DNA of 43,352 nt, from assembly GCA_028819305.1 (NCBI GenBank), contig JAPPLY010000047.1, positions 1 through 43,352 of the forward strand, written 5' to 3'. The position numbers and the translations under genes are program-made. Positions 1 through 9,806 of the stretch are shown here, piece by piece. This DNA is from Bdellovibrionales bacterium (lineage in GTDB: Bacteria > Bdellovibrionota > Bdellovibrionia > Bdellovibrionales > UBA1609). Under the pieces are notes generated by a model, which made no database searches, was not told where the DNA came from, and saw only the letters and a program-made list of their open reading frames with translations. The first letter of the stretch is position 1, and every line of letters starts with the position of its first letter.

Positions 1-450
1 CGTTCTTTTATCTTTATTTCGGTCAGCGGGAAAAGTAATTTCTCTAAATATTTTTTTAGATACTTTTATAGATGTTTCTCCACACATAGGAATAAAAGAT
101 AAAAATTTTTGTTTTTTCTTGTTTCCTTTTCCTCCAGGGGTATTTAAACGACAAAAAGAAGGTAGTCTTTTCCAAGCTCTTTTTGTAAAATTAATGTGAT
201 CCCAGTCCCAGTGGGAAAAAAACACTTTATTTTCTTTTTGTCCGCATTCTTTCACCAGGTTTTTTATAGGAAAAAACTCTCCTCCCATATCAAAATGAAT
301 ACAGGTTTTAATATCAGAATAAGTTACCATTTGCCCCTGGCCCACATACCATACAATAAGCTCCGCTTTTTTATCCTGACTAAAATTATGGACGGGAAAT
401 AGAAAAACCAATATAAAAGTGGCTAAGTATTTTGTTTTGTATTGCTTCAT
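1..450 (-). CDS. Stand-alone ComEC-type metallo-beta-lactamase-fold protein (runs off the window edge, C-terminus missing)
   Basis: Not in the ORF track. ATG at 450 opens a frame to base 1: MKQYKTKYLATFILVFLFPVHNFSQDKKAELIVWYVGQGQ...FDMGG...FFSHWDWDHINF. VGQG, DxG and HxDxDH are motifs of the ComEC MBL domain, and the N-terminus is hydrophobic. Confidence 0.8.
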   Translation of the reverse strand, partial: MKQYKTKYLATFILVFLFPVHNFSQDKKAELIVWYVGQGQMVTYSDIKTCIHFDMGGEFFPIKNLVKECGQKENKVFFSHWDWDHINFTKRAWKRLPSFCRLNTPGGKGNKKKQKFLSFIPMCGETSIKVSKKIFREITFPADRNKDKRT

Positions 451-464
451 ATATATAATCCGGT

Positions 465-1469
465 TTAATTCCCGCGAGGTTTGCCAAAGTAGGGGCGATG
501 ATAGGTCTCTGTTTCCCCTGATTCTATGGATTTTTCACTGTATTTACGCATAGAGTAAACAAAGTATAAATGGAGTAAAATAAAAAAGATGCAAATATAG
601 ATCCATATCTGAAAAGAGCTAAGAGACCAGGTCAGCTCTATTCTTCTATTTTCTGTTAGAGGTTTAAATAAATTCATTGCATATAAAAAATGTTTCCAAA
701 TTTCATCTGTGAAAAAGCGTAAGAATGGAAAAGGCACAGTCAGCAAAGATAAAGGAAGAAGCAGACAGGCGGCCAAGGGAGTAATCAGCCAATTCAGAAA
801 GATACTTAGCGGATGGGAGCCTCCCCATTGGCTGACAATAGGTAAGATAAGTAAAAAGGTGAGCACACAGGATTTTAATCTGGAAAGACGATAATTGGAC
901 ATACCCATACTGGCTATCCAACTCAGCTGTAAGGATAGGGAGTGAAACCAAGTATTTTGGCATAACAAACATAAAAGGCCACTGATATGGACCCGTACAT
1001 AAGGGCTCCAGAAGAGTTTTAGTTTTTTATTTATTCGGGCTAATAATAAAGAGAATAAAGCTCTTAAAATGGGTGGGCTTAAGCCAGCACTCATGGAGTA
1101 TATCAAGAGAAACAAAGCTAATAGAATATTTTTAAATCGAAAAACAGGCAGTAAATTCCAGAGTTTTTCCAGGAAGATAAGATGAGCGCCAGAAATGACA
1201 GTGAGATGTATAATTCCCAGGGCAATAAAAGTTTTTTTTATTTCTCCGTCCGGTAACCTTTCCCCACAAATAAAAGCAGAATAAAGAATATTTAGATTTT
1301 CTGTTGGTTCAGGTTGGGCATCGGACAGTATTTTATTTGCCCCTGCTCCTATTTGTACCCTTTTTAGACACCAATTATGTAAAATGTGGTAACCGGGCTC
1401 AATAAAGGAAAGCAAGGAGAAGGGATTAACGCATAATATAACTAAAATAAGGATTAAGCCAATAGTCAT
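465..1469 (-). CDS. comEC: ComEC/Rec2 competence membrane domain protein
   Basis: GIIHLTVISGAHL, SPPILRA and SLQLSW motifs, multiple TM segments, no fused MBL domain. Confidence 0.85.
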   Translation of the reverse strand: MTIGLILILVILCVNPFSLLSFIEPGYHILHNWCLKRVQIGAGANKILSDAQPEPTENLNILYSAFICGERLPDGEIKKTFIALGIIHLTVISGAHLIFLEKLWNLLPVFRFKNILLALFLLIYSMSAGLSPPILRALFSLLLARINKKLKLFWSPYVRVHISGLLCLLCQNTWFHSLSLQLSWIASMGMSNYRLSRLKSCVLTFLLILPIVSQWGGSHPLSIFLNWLITPLAACLLLPLSLLTVPFPFLRFFTDEIWKHFLYAMNLFKPLTENRRIELTWSLSSFQIWIYICIFFILLHLYFVYSMRKYSEKSIESGETETYHRPYFGKPRGN

Positions 1470-1653
1470 TTCAAACTGTTGAATAGCAAAAATGGGGACA
1501 TTTTTTACAAAGTGGCAATGGAATGATTGGTTAAAAGCCAGAAATAGAAAATAATTTTTAGGACTTACTTTTATTTTATAAAAGAGGTTATGATTAATGT
1601 AAGCTGTATTTATATCTGTCTGATTTGGTAGGCTTTGTCTATTTCAGAAACAA

Positions 1654-3357
1654 ATGGAGTTGGATATTTTGAAAAAGATTTTCATAAAACCCATCTTGGT
1701 TTTTTTGTGTTGTGCCTGTTTTATTTTTCTAATTTTTTCATTTACTTATGTTGTTGCGCAGGAAGAGGATGATGAGGATATAGAGTGGTTGGATGACGAA
1801 GAGGAACTGGAGTCTCTACAACCGGAAAGTGACATGACAGACTCAGCTAAAACCACTCCTGCCCCTAAAGAAGAGCAAGGGGAAGGTGCTCATATTCCTG
1901 ATGCCGGTCTTTCTGATGACGAAGAAACGGAAAGTGCTGACTCTTTTGATACAGACACTATTGCAGATGAAATCTCTTCTCCAGATGAGACAATAGCGGA
2001 AGCAGGTGTCACCACTGACTCAGTTGTGGATATATATGAACAAAATTTGTATGAGACTTATATTCGATACTACAGTAAAAGGGTTTCTGCAGAGGAATGG
2101 AGTAGTGTTGTAGGTGGTAAAGATATATATGTTATTCAGCCAAAGGATACTTTATGGGATATAAGTAAAGTGCTGTTTGGTGATCCTAATTATTGGCCAA
2201 AGTTATGGTCCACTAACCCAGCTATAACAAATCCCCATCTTATTCAACCAGAAGGAAATTTAGGGTTCATATATGGTACGGAAGGAACTCCTCCCTCTGT
2301 AAATCTTGTGCAGGGGGGGATAGGGGGTGTACCAGAATCTAAAGCTCCTCCTCCTCCCCCGGATTTTTTAAAAGGGAAAAAGGTTACTGTACCTTCTTCC
2401 CATAAAACTTTGCCGATTATGAAAAATATTCCAGCCAGTTTACCTCCTTTATATATGAGAGGGGAGTTAGACGACGAGAATTCTGATCTTCAAATGAGTT
2501 TTGAGCATGTTAAGAAACTTACGATGGCTTTTTTACGCTACTATGTATCTGATGAACCACCTTCTGGTCAAGGGGTTATATCTAGTCAAAAAGAGTATGG
2601 AACTCAGTTTCACACGGGACAGCGATTGATTTTAGAGATGAGGGATCCGGTGAATCCAGGGCAAAAGCTGGCGGTAATGCACAATAAAGGTAAGTTAGTA
2701 TCTTCTATTCGGGGTGTCAGGGGGCCTTTTGGGTATCAAGTGGAGGTACAGGGAGAAGTGGAAGTTATTGGGAGAGTGCCAGATTCTTTTGACTTATATG
2801 AAGCTAAGGTGACTAAGTCCTTTAGCCCTATTACTAAAAGGGCTATTGTTTCAGATAGGAATTTAATTCAATTTGATTATAAAACTACAGACCTGATGGG
2901 ATCTGCGGAAGCTCAAATTATTGGTTTTCCCAGTATAGGACCTAATATAAAAAGTATGGCTTCCCCCTATTCTTTGGTTTATTTGAATCGTGGTTTAGCC
3001 AGTGGTTTGTCTGTGGGGCAGATGTATCAGGTAAAAGCGAATCTTAGTGTGCAAAGAAAAGCATCCTATGGTTACGATATAAAGGTAGGAGAAGTAAAAA
3101 TTATTTATACGGAAGATCGTTTTGCCACGGGGGTTATTACGGAAATGGATCATCCTATTCATACAGGTGATTTTCTTGTTTCTCTCAGCGCGGGGCTTTC
3201 TACACAAAGTGGTTACGATCCTTTTGATGAGGTGGAGGAGGAAGTGGGAGCTAAAGATGCGGCGGGTTTTGATGGTTTTGAAAAAGATTCGGAGGCAGTG
3301 GATCTGGATGAAAAAGAACCGTATGAAGAGGAAGATGTTTTTGAAGCTTTTGAATAA
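1654..3357 (+). CDS. LysM peptidoglycan-binding protein (TsaP-like) with acidic terminal tails
   Basis: Signal or anchor segment, LysM motif YVIQPKDTLWDISK...WPKLWSTNPAITNPHLIQP, D/E-rich ends, C-terminal VYLNRGLASGLSVGQ beta domain. Confidence 0.8.
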   Translation: MELDILKKIFIKPILVFLCCACFIFLIFSFTYVVAQEEDDEDIEWLDDEEELESLQPESDMTDSAKTTPAPKEEQGEGAHIPDAGLSDDEETESADSFDTDTIADEISSPDETIAEAGVTTDSVVDIYEQNLYETYIRYYSKRVSAEEWSSVVGGKDIYVIQPKDTLWDISKVLFGDPNYWPKLWSTNPAITNPHLIQPEGNLGFIYGTEGTPPSVNLVQGGIGGVPESKAPPPPPDFLKGKKVTVPSSHKTLPIMKNIPASLPPLYMRGELDDENSDLQMSFEHVKKLTMAFLRYYVSDEPPSGQGVISSQKEYGTQFHTGQRLILEMRDPVNPGQKLAVMHNKGKLVSSIRGVRGPFGYQVEVQGEVEVIGRVPDSFDLYEAKVTKSFSPITKRAIVSDRNLIQFDYKTTDLMGSAEAQIIGFPSIGPNIKSMASPYSLVYLNRGLASGLSVGQMYQVKANLSVQRKASYGYDIKVGEVKIIYTEDRFATGVITEMDHPIHTGDFLVSLSAGLSTQSGYDPFDEVEEEVGAKDAAGFDGFEKDSEAVDLDEKEPYEEEDVFEAFE

Positions 3358-3496
3358 ATTGGAGTGATTGTTCTCTGCTTTCGTGAGGACCATGTTTGAA
3401 AATTTCGGGTAGAAAAACTCGGTCGCTCTCGAAGGAAAAAGTGGAGAAGTTACAGAAAAATAATACCTGTTCGGCATAACATCAGAAGAGAGTACA

Positions 3497-4612
3497 TTGT
3501 CTTTTTTTTACAGCATACTTAATAGAAAAATTTTATTGTTAGTTTTATTATTAGCAGGCTTTGGTTTGGTGCAGGTCTATAGTGCCAGTTATATTTTTTC
3601 TATAGAAAAATACAATGATGGTCTCTTCTTTTTTAAGAAGCAGGTGTTATTTTTTATAATTGGTTTGTTAGCTCTTTTATTTATAGCTACTATTTCTTGG
3701 AAATGGGCACGATTTATTGGAATCAGCTTATGGGTCCTTTCCGTTTTGTTAATTATTATAACTCTTATCCCTGGTATTGGAGCTTCTGCGGGGGGGGCGC
3801 AAAGGTGGTTGGATTTGCCTTTTGGATTTCGTTTTCAACCGGCAGAGCTTTTTAAGGTGAGTTCCCCCTTTGCTTTTATGTATCTTATAGCTTTAAAGGA
3901 ACAGAGTTTTTTTAACCATCATGTTTTTTTATTTTGGCTCTTTCCTATTTTTGCATTTGCTTTGCCTTTATTAGTATTAGCTTTACAACCTGATTTTGGC
4001 ACTATTTTTTTATTTTTTTGTTTGGCTTTAAGTATTGTATTTGTTTTAGGTTTTAAGTGGAAATATATCTTTAGTGCTTTATTTTTAATTAGTTTAGGTA
4101 TGTATTTGATGGTGATTTTTACTCCCTACCGAATGGCACGTATTAAAGCGGTATTAAACCCTTGGTCCGATCCTTTAGAAACTGGATTTCAAGTTATACA
4201 AAGCATGATTAGTTTTCATTCCGGGGGTGCTTTTGGAGTAGGGTTGGGACAGGGGCAGGGCAAACTCTTTTTTTTGCCGGAAGCGCATACGGATTTTACT
4301 TTAGCTGTTTTTGGTGAAGAAACTGGGTTTATAGGTTTTTGTGTATTACTGACATTATATGCTTTATTAGTTTATTATGGAATGCAGATTGCATTAAGAA
4401 CAGAAGATCTATTACAAAAAGTTTTAGCTTTCTCACTCAGTATGGTATTTGCCTTTTCTACTATCATTCATATCGGGGTGAATTTGGGGATACTTCCTCC
4501 TAAAGGCTTGACATTGCCTTTTATGAGTTATGGGGGGAGTGCCTTAGTATGTACTTTTCTGTTATTTGGATGGCTTTTAAATATAGAAAAACATAATCAT
4601 TTTGTATATTAA
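3497..4612 (+). CDS. ftsW: SEDS family peptidoglycan polymerase FtsW
   Basis: GAQRW, FQPAE, LQPDFGT, PEAHTDF and LPFMSYGGS motifs; directly upstream of murG; TTG start. Confidence 0.93.
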   Translation: MSFFYSILNRKILLLVLLLAGFGLVQVYSASYIFSIEKYNDGLFFFKKQVLFFIIGLLALLFIATISWKWARFIGISLWVLSVLLIIITLIPGIGASAGGAQRWLDLPFGFRFQPAELFKVSSPFAFMYLIALKEQSFFNHHVFLFWLFPIFAFALPLLVLALQPDFGTIFLFFCLALSIVFVLGFKWKYIFSALFLISLGMYLMVIFTPYRMARIKAVLNPWSDPLETGFQVIQSMISFHSGGAFGVGLGQGQGKLFFLPEAHTDFTLAVFGEETGFIGFCVLLTLYALLVYYGMQIALRTEDLLQKVLAFSLSMVFAFSTIIHIGVNLGILPPKGLTLPFMSYGGSALVCTFLLFGWLLNIEKHNHFVY

Positions 4613-4617
4613 ACAGA

Positions 4618-5706
4618 ATGGAAAAAAAATCTAATAAAATATTGATAGCGGCAGGGGGTACGGGAGGACATATTCTGCCTGCCTTGGCTATAGCGGATGG
4701 TTTAAAACATATTGATAAATCTTGTCGGATCGAATTTGTTAGAGGCTCTTCTCTATTGGAAAAGAATATTTACTCTCGGTGTTCTTTTGTGACCCATTGT
4801 TTATCAGTAGGTCGTTTAAGAAAAAATGTAAAAAGGGTAGAGAGATGGAAAACATTTATTTCTCTTCCCTTTATTTTGTTAAAAGCTCTCATTCTTTTGA
4901 TAAAACTAAAACCTTCTCTTGTCATTGGTACAGGAGGGGCTGTCAGTGGTCCTCTGTTGCTAGCGGCTTTTTTACTTCGTAAAAAAACAATTATTTTTGA
5001 ATTTAATGTTATCCCGGGACTCACTAATCGTTGGCTTTCTTATATTGTGGATGAAGTGATTTTCGTTTTTTCTACAACAAAAAAATACTTTCCGTCAAAG
5101 GCAAAAAAACACACTCAGTTTCCTTTTCCTATTCGTTCTGCCATCAGTCAGGTTTCTATTAAAAATCAGCCGGATCACCCTTTGCGAATATTGGTATTAG
5201 GTGGCAGTCAAGGGTCTTTTGTGATTAATAAGGTGGTTTCTGAGTTTATTGTTTCTGAAGACACTTCTCGTTTTTCGTTTGTTCATCAAGCCGGAGAAAG
5301 AGATTTTGAAAGTTTAAAAAAAATATACTCCGTGTGTGATAATGTAAGAGCTTTTTCTTTTTTGCATAATATACATGAAGTGTATGCGTGGGCGGATCTT
5401 GTTATTGGTCGAGCGGGCATGGGTACTATTGCCGAAATTTCTGCTGTTGGTCGAGCGGGTATTGTGATTCCATTAGCGAGTTCTGCCGATCAACATCAGT
5501 TAAAAAATGCTCAGGATTTAGAATACCAATCGGCTATTATTTGTGTTAAGGAAGAAGATTTTAATAAGGAAGAACTGAAGAGTCTTTTAACGAGCCTGGT
5601 AAATAATCCTCAGAAAATAAGCCGGTTGTCTGCTTGTGTTCATGACTTGAAATTGGGTGCTACAGCGGATAATATAGCTGGATATCTTCTAAAAAGGTTT
5701 TTTTGA
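4618..5706 (+). CDS. murG: Lipid I N-acetylglucosamine transferase MurG
   Basis: AGGTGGHILPA, GTGG, LGGSQGS, GRAG and HQLKNA motifs. Confidence 0.95.
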   Translation: MEKKSNKILIAAGGTGGHILPALAIADGLKHIDKSCRIEFVRGSSLLEKNIYSRCSFVTHCLSVGRLRKNVKRVERWKTFISLPFILLKALILLIKLKPSLVIGTGGAVSGPLLLAAFLLRKKTIIFEFNVIPGLTNRWLSYIVDEVIFVFSTTKKYFPSKAKKHTQFPFPIRSAISQVSIKNQPDHPLRILVLGGSQGSFVINKVVSEFIVSEDTSRFSFVHQAGERDFESLKKIYSVCDNVRAFSFLHNIHEVYAWADLVIGRAGMGTIAEISAVGRAGIVIPLASSADQHQLKNAQDLEYQSAIICVKEEDFNKEELKSLLTSLVNNPQKISRLSACVHDLKLGATADNIAGYLLKRFF

Positions 5707-5899
5707 AGCTAGAGATACATTGAATCCAGTCTGGACTTTCTGATGTTCATGGTTTAGCCATCTTTAAGAAGGGTTACTTAGTTGGTTCTGAAAAAGTCTC
5801 AACAATTTGATTTTATTTATATTTTTGCTATTTTAAGGGAGGGGAATATTAGCAAGAAAAAGCTTCTTTCACTCAAAATTGTTGCAAACAAGAGGGTTA

Positions 5900-5927
5900 A
5901 CGGAAAGCCACTTTAGTGGCTTTCCGT
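5900..5927. repeat. Perfect 12-bp hairpin inside the MITE
   Basis: ACGGAAAGCCAC-ttta-GTGGCTTTCCGT, followed directly by a degenerate REP (GTCCCGTGAAAACAGGAATCCAG). Confidence 0.8.
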
Positions 5928-5982
5928 CCCGTGAAAACAGGAATCCAGTCGCTACGAGGAGAATGAGTTATTAGTAAATATG

Positions 5983-6105
5983 TTTATTCAGAAAAACAGA
6001 TTTGCCTTTATACGAGGATTTGCCTCTCGGAACGGTCCTTGTCTTCCTTAGGTAGGAAACCAAGGACCTTGGATCTTCCACCGGCAAACTGTTTTTCTGA
6101 ATAAA
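5983..6105. repeat. Branched hairpin repeat element, copy 1
   Basis: 17-bp perfect outer stem (5983-5999/6089-6105), one bulged base, TTTGCC/GGCAAA, inner hairpin at 6034-6068. Homologous to the reverse complement of 27177-27281. Confidence 0.85.
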
Positions 6106-6201
6106 ATAATTAGACTTGTAAAATTTTGAGACAGAACACTTTTTCAGAACCGACTAAGTAATAAAGTTTAGAAAAATAAAACAGGGAGGAGCACGGCCTG
6201 C

Positions 6202-7788
6202 ATGAAAGAAAACAGAGATTTTTTTGAACCGATCATGTTTGAGAGTTCCCAGGAGTTTTCGTCTTTATCTAAGGGTAAAGCTTCTTACAAACTTGAAAAA
6301 GTCTATTTTCCTAAAGATGGGAATAAACGGTTTGGATTTACTACAGGAGTGAGAGTGCACTTTGTGGGTATTGGCGGGATTGGTATGTGTGGTCTTGCAG
6401 AACTGCTGCATCATTCTGGTATTTTTGTAACGGGTAGTGATTTAGTGGAAAATGCACAGATCCAAAGGCTAAGAGAGTTGGGTATTTCCGTTTCCATTGG
6501 TCACAAGAAAGAGAACATTGAAAATACGGAAATAATAATTCAATCCAGTGCGGTGCCAGAAAATAATATTGAAATTCAAACGGCTCAGAATAGAAAACTT
6601 CCGATTATTAAAAGATCGGAGGCTTTAGCTGAGATTATGAGATTAAAGCGAGGTCTTGTAGTAGCAGGAACACATGGCAAAACCACCACCACTCATTTAT
6701 TGGCACAGATTTTTATTCACAATAAAAAAGATCCTACTGTAGTTATAGGTGGTCGTTCTCATTTATTTCAGTCCACGGCTTTTCCTGGAAAAGGAAAGTG
6801 GTTTATAGCGGAATCGGATGAAAGTGATGGAGGATTTAAAAGCTTGTCTCCGGAAATGGCTGTCATTACCAATATTGATAGAGATCATTTAGATTATTAT
6901 GGTTCTTTTGAAAAATTAAAGTCGGCTTTTTTGGATTTTGTTTTAAAAGTGCCGTTTTATGGTTGTGTCGTGGCCTGGGGAGATCAACCTGTTTTGCGTG
7001 ATTTGCTGTCCAATATAGAGCAGAAAGTTATTTTTTATGGTTTTAATCCAGATAATCACTTTGTTTTAGAGAAAGATAAGGCTCAAAAATATCGAGTGTT
7101 TATAAATGAGCAGGAAATGGGTTTACTGAATGTACCCCTTCCTGGTTCTATGAATGCTTTAAATACTTTGGCCGCTTGTGCAACGGCTATGACTATAGGT
7201 TTTTCTTTTGAAGAGTGCAGTCAGAGTTTTCTCCAATTTAAAGGAGTGGATCGTCGCTTTCATAAAAAGGCAGAATTAAATCCAAAGGGTCTTGTTGTTA
7301 CAAACTCAGGAAAAGCTGTACCACCTGGAGAAGTGGAAAAACAGCCGAAGGGCTTAAACCAGGTTAATACAGAAAGTATAGAGTTTTATGATGATTATGC
7401 TCATCATCCTACAGAGGTGCGGGCGGTGCTTTCTGCTTTCCGCGAAAAATTTGGAAAAGAAAAAAGGTTAATCGTTTTATTTCAACCTCATCGATTTTCC
7501 AGGACATCGGACTGCTGGTCTCATTTTTTAACTTGTTTTAAAGAAGCGGATCATGTGTTTTTGACAGATATTTACCCTGCTGGAGAAACTCCAATGAAGG
7601 GTATTTCCTCTGATGTATTAGCAAAGGAAATACAACACCCCTCTTGTTCTTACTGTTCAGAGGCAGATATATTTTCTGTTTTACTACCGATTTTAAAGGG
7701 AGGAGATGTATTTATTACTATGGGTGCGGGTTCTATTTATAAGTATGGAGATTCTTTAATTAGTCAGTTTCGGGAAAGATGTGGTTGA
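6202..7788 (+). CDS. murC: UDP-N-acetylmuramate--L-alanine ligase
   Basis: HFVGIGGIGMCG, AGTHGKTTTT, ESDESDG, DDYAHHPTE and FQPHRFSRT motifs. RBS GGAGGAG upstream of 6202. Confidence 0.95.
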   Translation: MKENRDFFEPIMFESSQEFSSLSKGKASYKLEKVYFPKDGNKRFGFTTGVRVHFVGIGGIGMCGLAELLHHSGIFVTGSDLVENAQIQRLRELGISVSIGHKKENIENTEIIIQSSAVPENNIEIQTAQNRKLPIIKRSEALAEIMRLKRGLVVAGTHGKTTTTHLLAQIFIHNKKDPTVVIGGRSHLFQSTAFPGKGKWFIAESDESDGGFKSLSPEMAVITNIDRDHLDYYGSFEKLKSAFLDFVLKVPFYGCVVAWGDQPVLRDLLSNIEQKVIFYGFNPDNHFVLEKDKAQKYRVFINEQEMGLLNVPLPGSMNALNTLAACATAMTIGFSFEECSQSFLQFKGVDRRFHKKAELNPKGLVVTNSGKAVPPGEVEKQPKGLNQVNTESIEFYDDYAHHPTEVRAVLSAFREKFGKEKRLIVLFQPHRFSRTSDCWSHFLTCFKEADHVFLTDIYPAGETPMKGISSDVLAKEIQHPSCSYCSEADIFSVLLPILKGGDVFITMGAGSIYKYGDSLISQFRERCG

Positions 7789-8100
7789 TATAGATATAAC
7801 CTCTTTGTTATAAGAAACATACTGGATCGGTATAAAAAGAGTTTTTTAACGCAGGTTTGATATTAATTATTGCATGTTTTTTTTAATGGATATAGTATTC
7901 TAGTTGTTATCACCTTTAGCTACGCTACTTATATACTATAGTTTGATGTTTGAACCACCGGCTGCCCGGCCGGTATTTTTGTAGGAAACAACAGAAGCCG
8001 GGTATAACCGAAATAACCACAGTATGAGTATGACTGAGTTAATGGGCTTTCAAAAAAAAGTTCATCTATCTCTTAACAACATAAAAAGTAAAGAGGAAAA

Positions 8101-9768
8101 ATGATAAAAACAATAATTATATATATAAAAGTTTTACTTTATTGTTTAGCCTTTCTTCCCTTATTTCCTGCTTTAGCGCAGTCGGTTCAAACACAAAAAA
8201 TTGTTATATCAGGCCCTTCTACTCATTTGGTTTCCGCTGTTAAAGAGATCTATCGTGAAGGGGGTAATATTTTTGATGCCGCTATAGCGGGAGCTTTTAC
8301 ACTAAGTGTGACACATCCTTATTTTGTTTCTTTGGGTTGCGGAGGTTTCGCTTTATTAAAAAATCGGTCAGGAATCAAGGCCTTAGATTTTCGTGAAACA
8401 GCTCCTTCTAAAATGACAGAAGACTTTTATGTTAAAACAAAATTGTCTCCTAGGGATTTAGGGGCAGCCGTAGGTGTTCCGGGTTTTGTAGCGGGTCAAT
8501 GGGCTATCCATCAAAAATATGGTTCTCTTCCCTGGTCTCGTCTTCTTAACCCGGCTATTAAGTTGGCAGGTAGTGGCTTTATTGTATCAGGGCAATGGTT
8601 AAGAAGAACACAAGGTTTATCTAAAAAATTTAATCTGTCTGGCAGAAGAATTTTCTTTCATTCTGATGGGACACCTTATTTACCTGGGCAGTTTGTTCGA
8701 CAAGATAAGCTAGTAGAGGCTTTAAGGCTGATTCAGAGAAAGAACAAAACATTGTTTTATAATGGCTTAATTGCTCAGGACATCATTAAGACTGTAAAAG
8801 CAAATAAAGGTGTCATAAGCCTGGAAGATCTAAAAAATTACCGTGTACGTTGGCTGCAACCTTTAAAGTTTAAATTTGGAGCTTATCAGGTATTTAGTAT
8901 GCCTCTTCCCAGTTCAGGAGGGATTATTTTGGCTCGTGCTGCTAAATTAATGGAACAAAAAAAAATCAATCAGATGACTTTATATAGTATTAGTGAATGG
9001 CATTTATTGGGAGAGATTTTATCTTTTGCTTTTCGTCCACGAAGTCAGATGGGAGATTTATCCAGCCCTGCTCCTTATTTGGAAAAATGGCTTTCTCGCA
9101 GAAGTTTAAAAAAGTTGGGTGCTCAAATCTCCTTGAATAAAGTAAAAAAACTGCCTGTATTAAAAGACACCTTACCTCATCGAGAATCGAATGAAACCAC
9201 TCACTTTTCTATCATGAATAACAAAGGAGAAGTGGTTTCAATGACATTAACTTTAAATGGTAATTTTGGTTCTTTTGTCGTTACGGACAAATATGGAATT
9301 GTTTTAAATAATCAAATGGATGACTTTAACACCTATCCCGGTAAACCTAATCAGTTTGGTTTAATACAGGGTGCAAACAATAAGGTGAGAGCTGGTTTTC
9401 GCCCTTTAAGCTCCATGAGTCCCACTATTGTAGAGAAGCAAGGCAAAGTGGTAATGGCTTTAGGGGCGACGGGAGGCCCGATGATTATCAGTTCGGTCTT
9501 ACAGATTTTATATCGCTATTTGTTTAAAGGGTTAAACTTAGATGCGGCTGTTCAGGCCCCTCGTGTCCATCATCAATTTTTACCACGCGTGTTGTTTGTT
9601 GAAAAAAATCGTTTTCCACCTATTGTACTGAGTTTATTAAGGAAACGAGGACATAAAATAAAAGTACGCGATTCCATTGCTAAAGCTTACGCTGTTTCTC
9701 AAAAGAAAGATGGCTTACTGGAAGGAGCTTTCGATGCCCGTGGAGAAGGGGCTGCCGGCGGGTTATAG
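8101..9768 (+). CDS. ggt: Gamma-glutamyltransferase
   Basis: Signal peptide, GGGF, LDFRETAP, GVPG, autoprocessing site ETTHFS, LNNQMDDF, RPLSSMSPT. Confidence 0.93.
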   Translation: MIKTIIIYIKVLLYCLAFLPLFPALAQSVQTQKIVISGPSTHLVSAVKEIYREGGNIFDAAIAGAFTLSVTHPYFVSLGCGGFALLKNRSGIKALDFRETAPSKMTEDFYVKTKLSPRDLGAAVGVPGFVAGQWAIHQKYGSLPWSRLLNPAIKLAGSGFIVSGQWLRRTQGLSKKFNLSGRRIFFHSDGTPYLPGQFVRQDKLVEALRLIQRKNKTLFYNGLIAQDIIKTVKANKGVISLEDLKNYRVRWLQPLKFKFGAYQVFSMPLPSSGGIILARAAKLMEQKKINQMTLYSISEWHLLGEILSFAFRPRSQMGDLSSPAPYLEKWLSRRSLKKLGAQISLNKVKKLPVLKDTLPHRESNETTHFSIMNNKGEVVSMTLTLNGNFGSFVVTDKYGIVLNNQMDDFNTYPGKPNQFGLIQGANNKVRAGFRPLSSMSPTIVEKQGKVVMALGATGGPMIISSVLQILYRYLFKGLNLDAAVQAPRVHHQFLPRVLFVEKNRFPPIVLSLLRKRGHKIKVRDSIAKAYAVSQKKDGLLEGAFDARGEGAAGGL

Positions 9769-9806
9769 CTAATCAATCTTATATTTCCTACAAAGAACTT
9801 TATTTC

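Larger units (their letters stand above)
5777..6158. mobile_element. MITE-like non-coding element with terminal inverted repeats and TA flanks
   Basis: 5774-5797 TTACTTAGTTGGTTCTGAAAAAGT matches the reverse complement of 6138-6161 at 23/24. TA lies on both sides (5775-5776, 6159-6160). No ORF; sits between murG and murC. Confidence 0.65.

Noticed and set aside
5983-6105. Integron attC site (long imperfect hairpin with an extrahelical base)
   Set aside because: No RYYYAAC/GTTRRRY core ends, copies are not arrayed after single ORFs in one orientation, and there is no integrase.
7957-7980. Hairpin ACCGGC/GCCGGT with a T run as a murC terminator or ncRNA
   Set aside because: Only a 6-bp stem about 170 bp from the stop codon; too weak to call.
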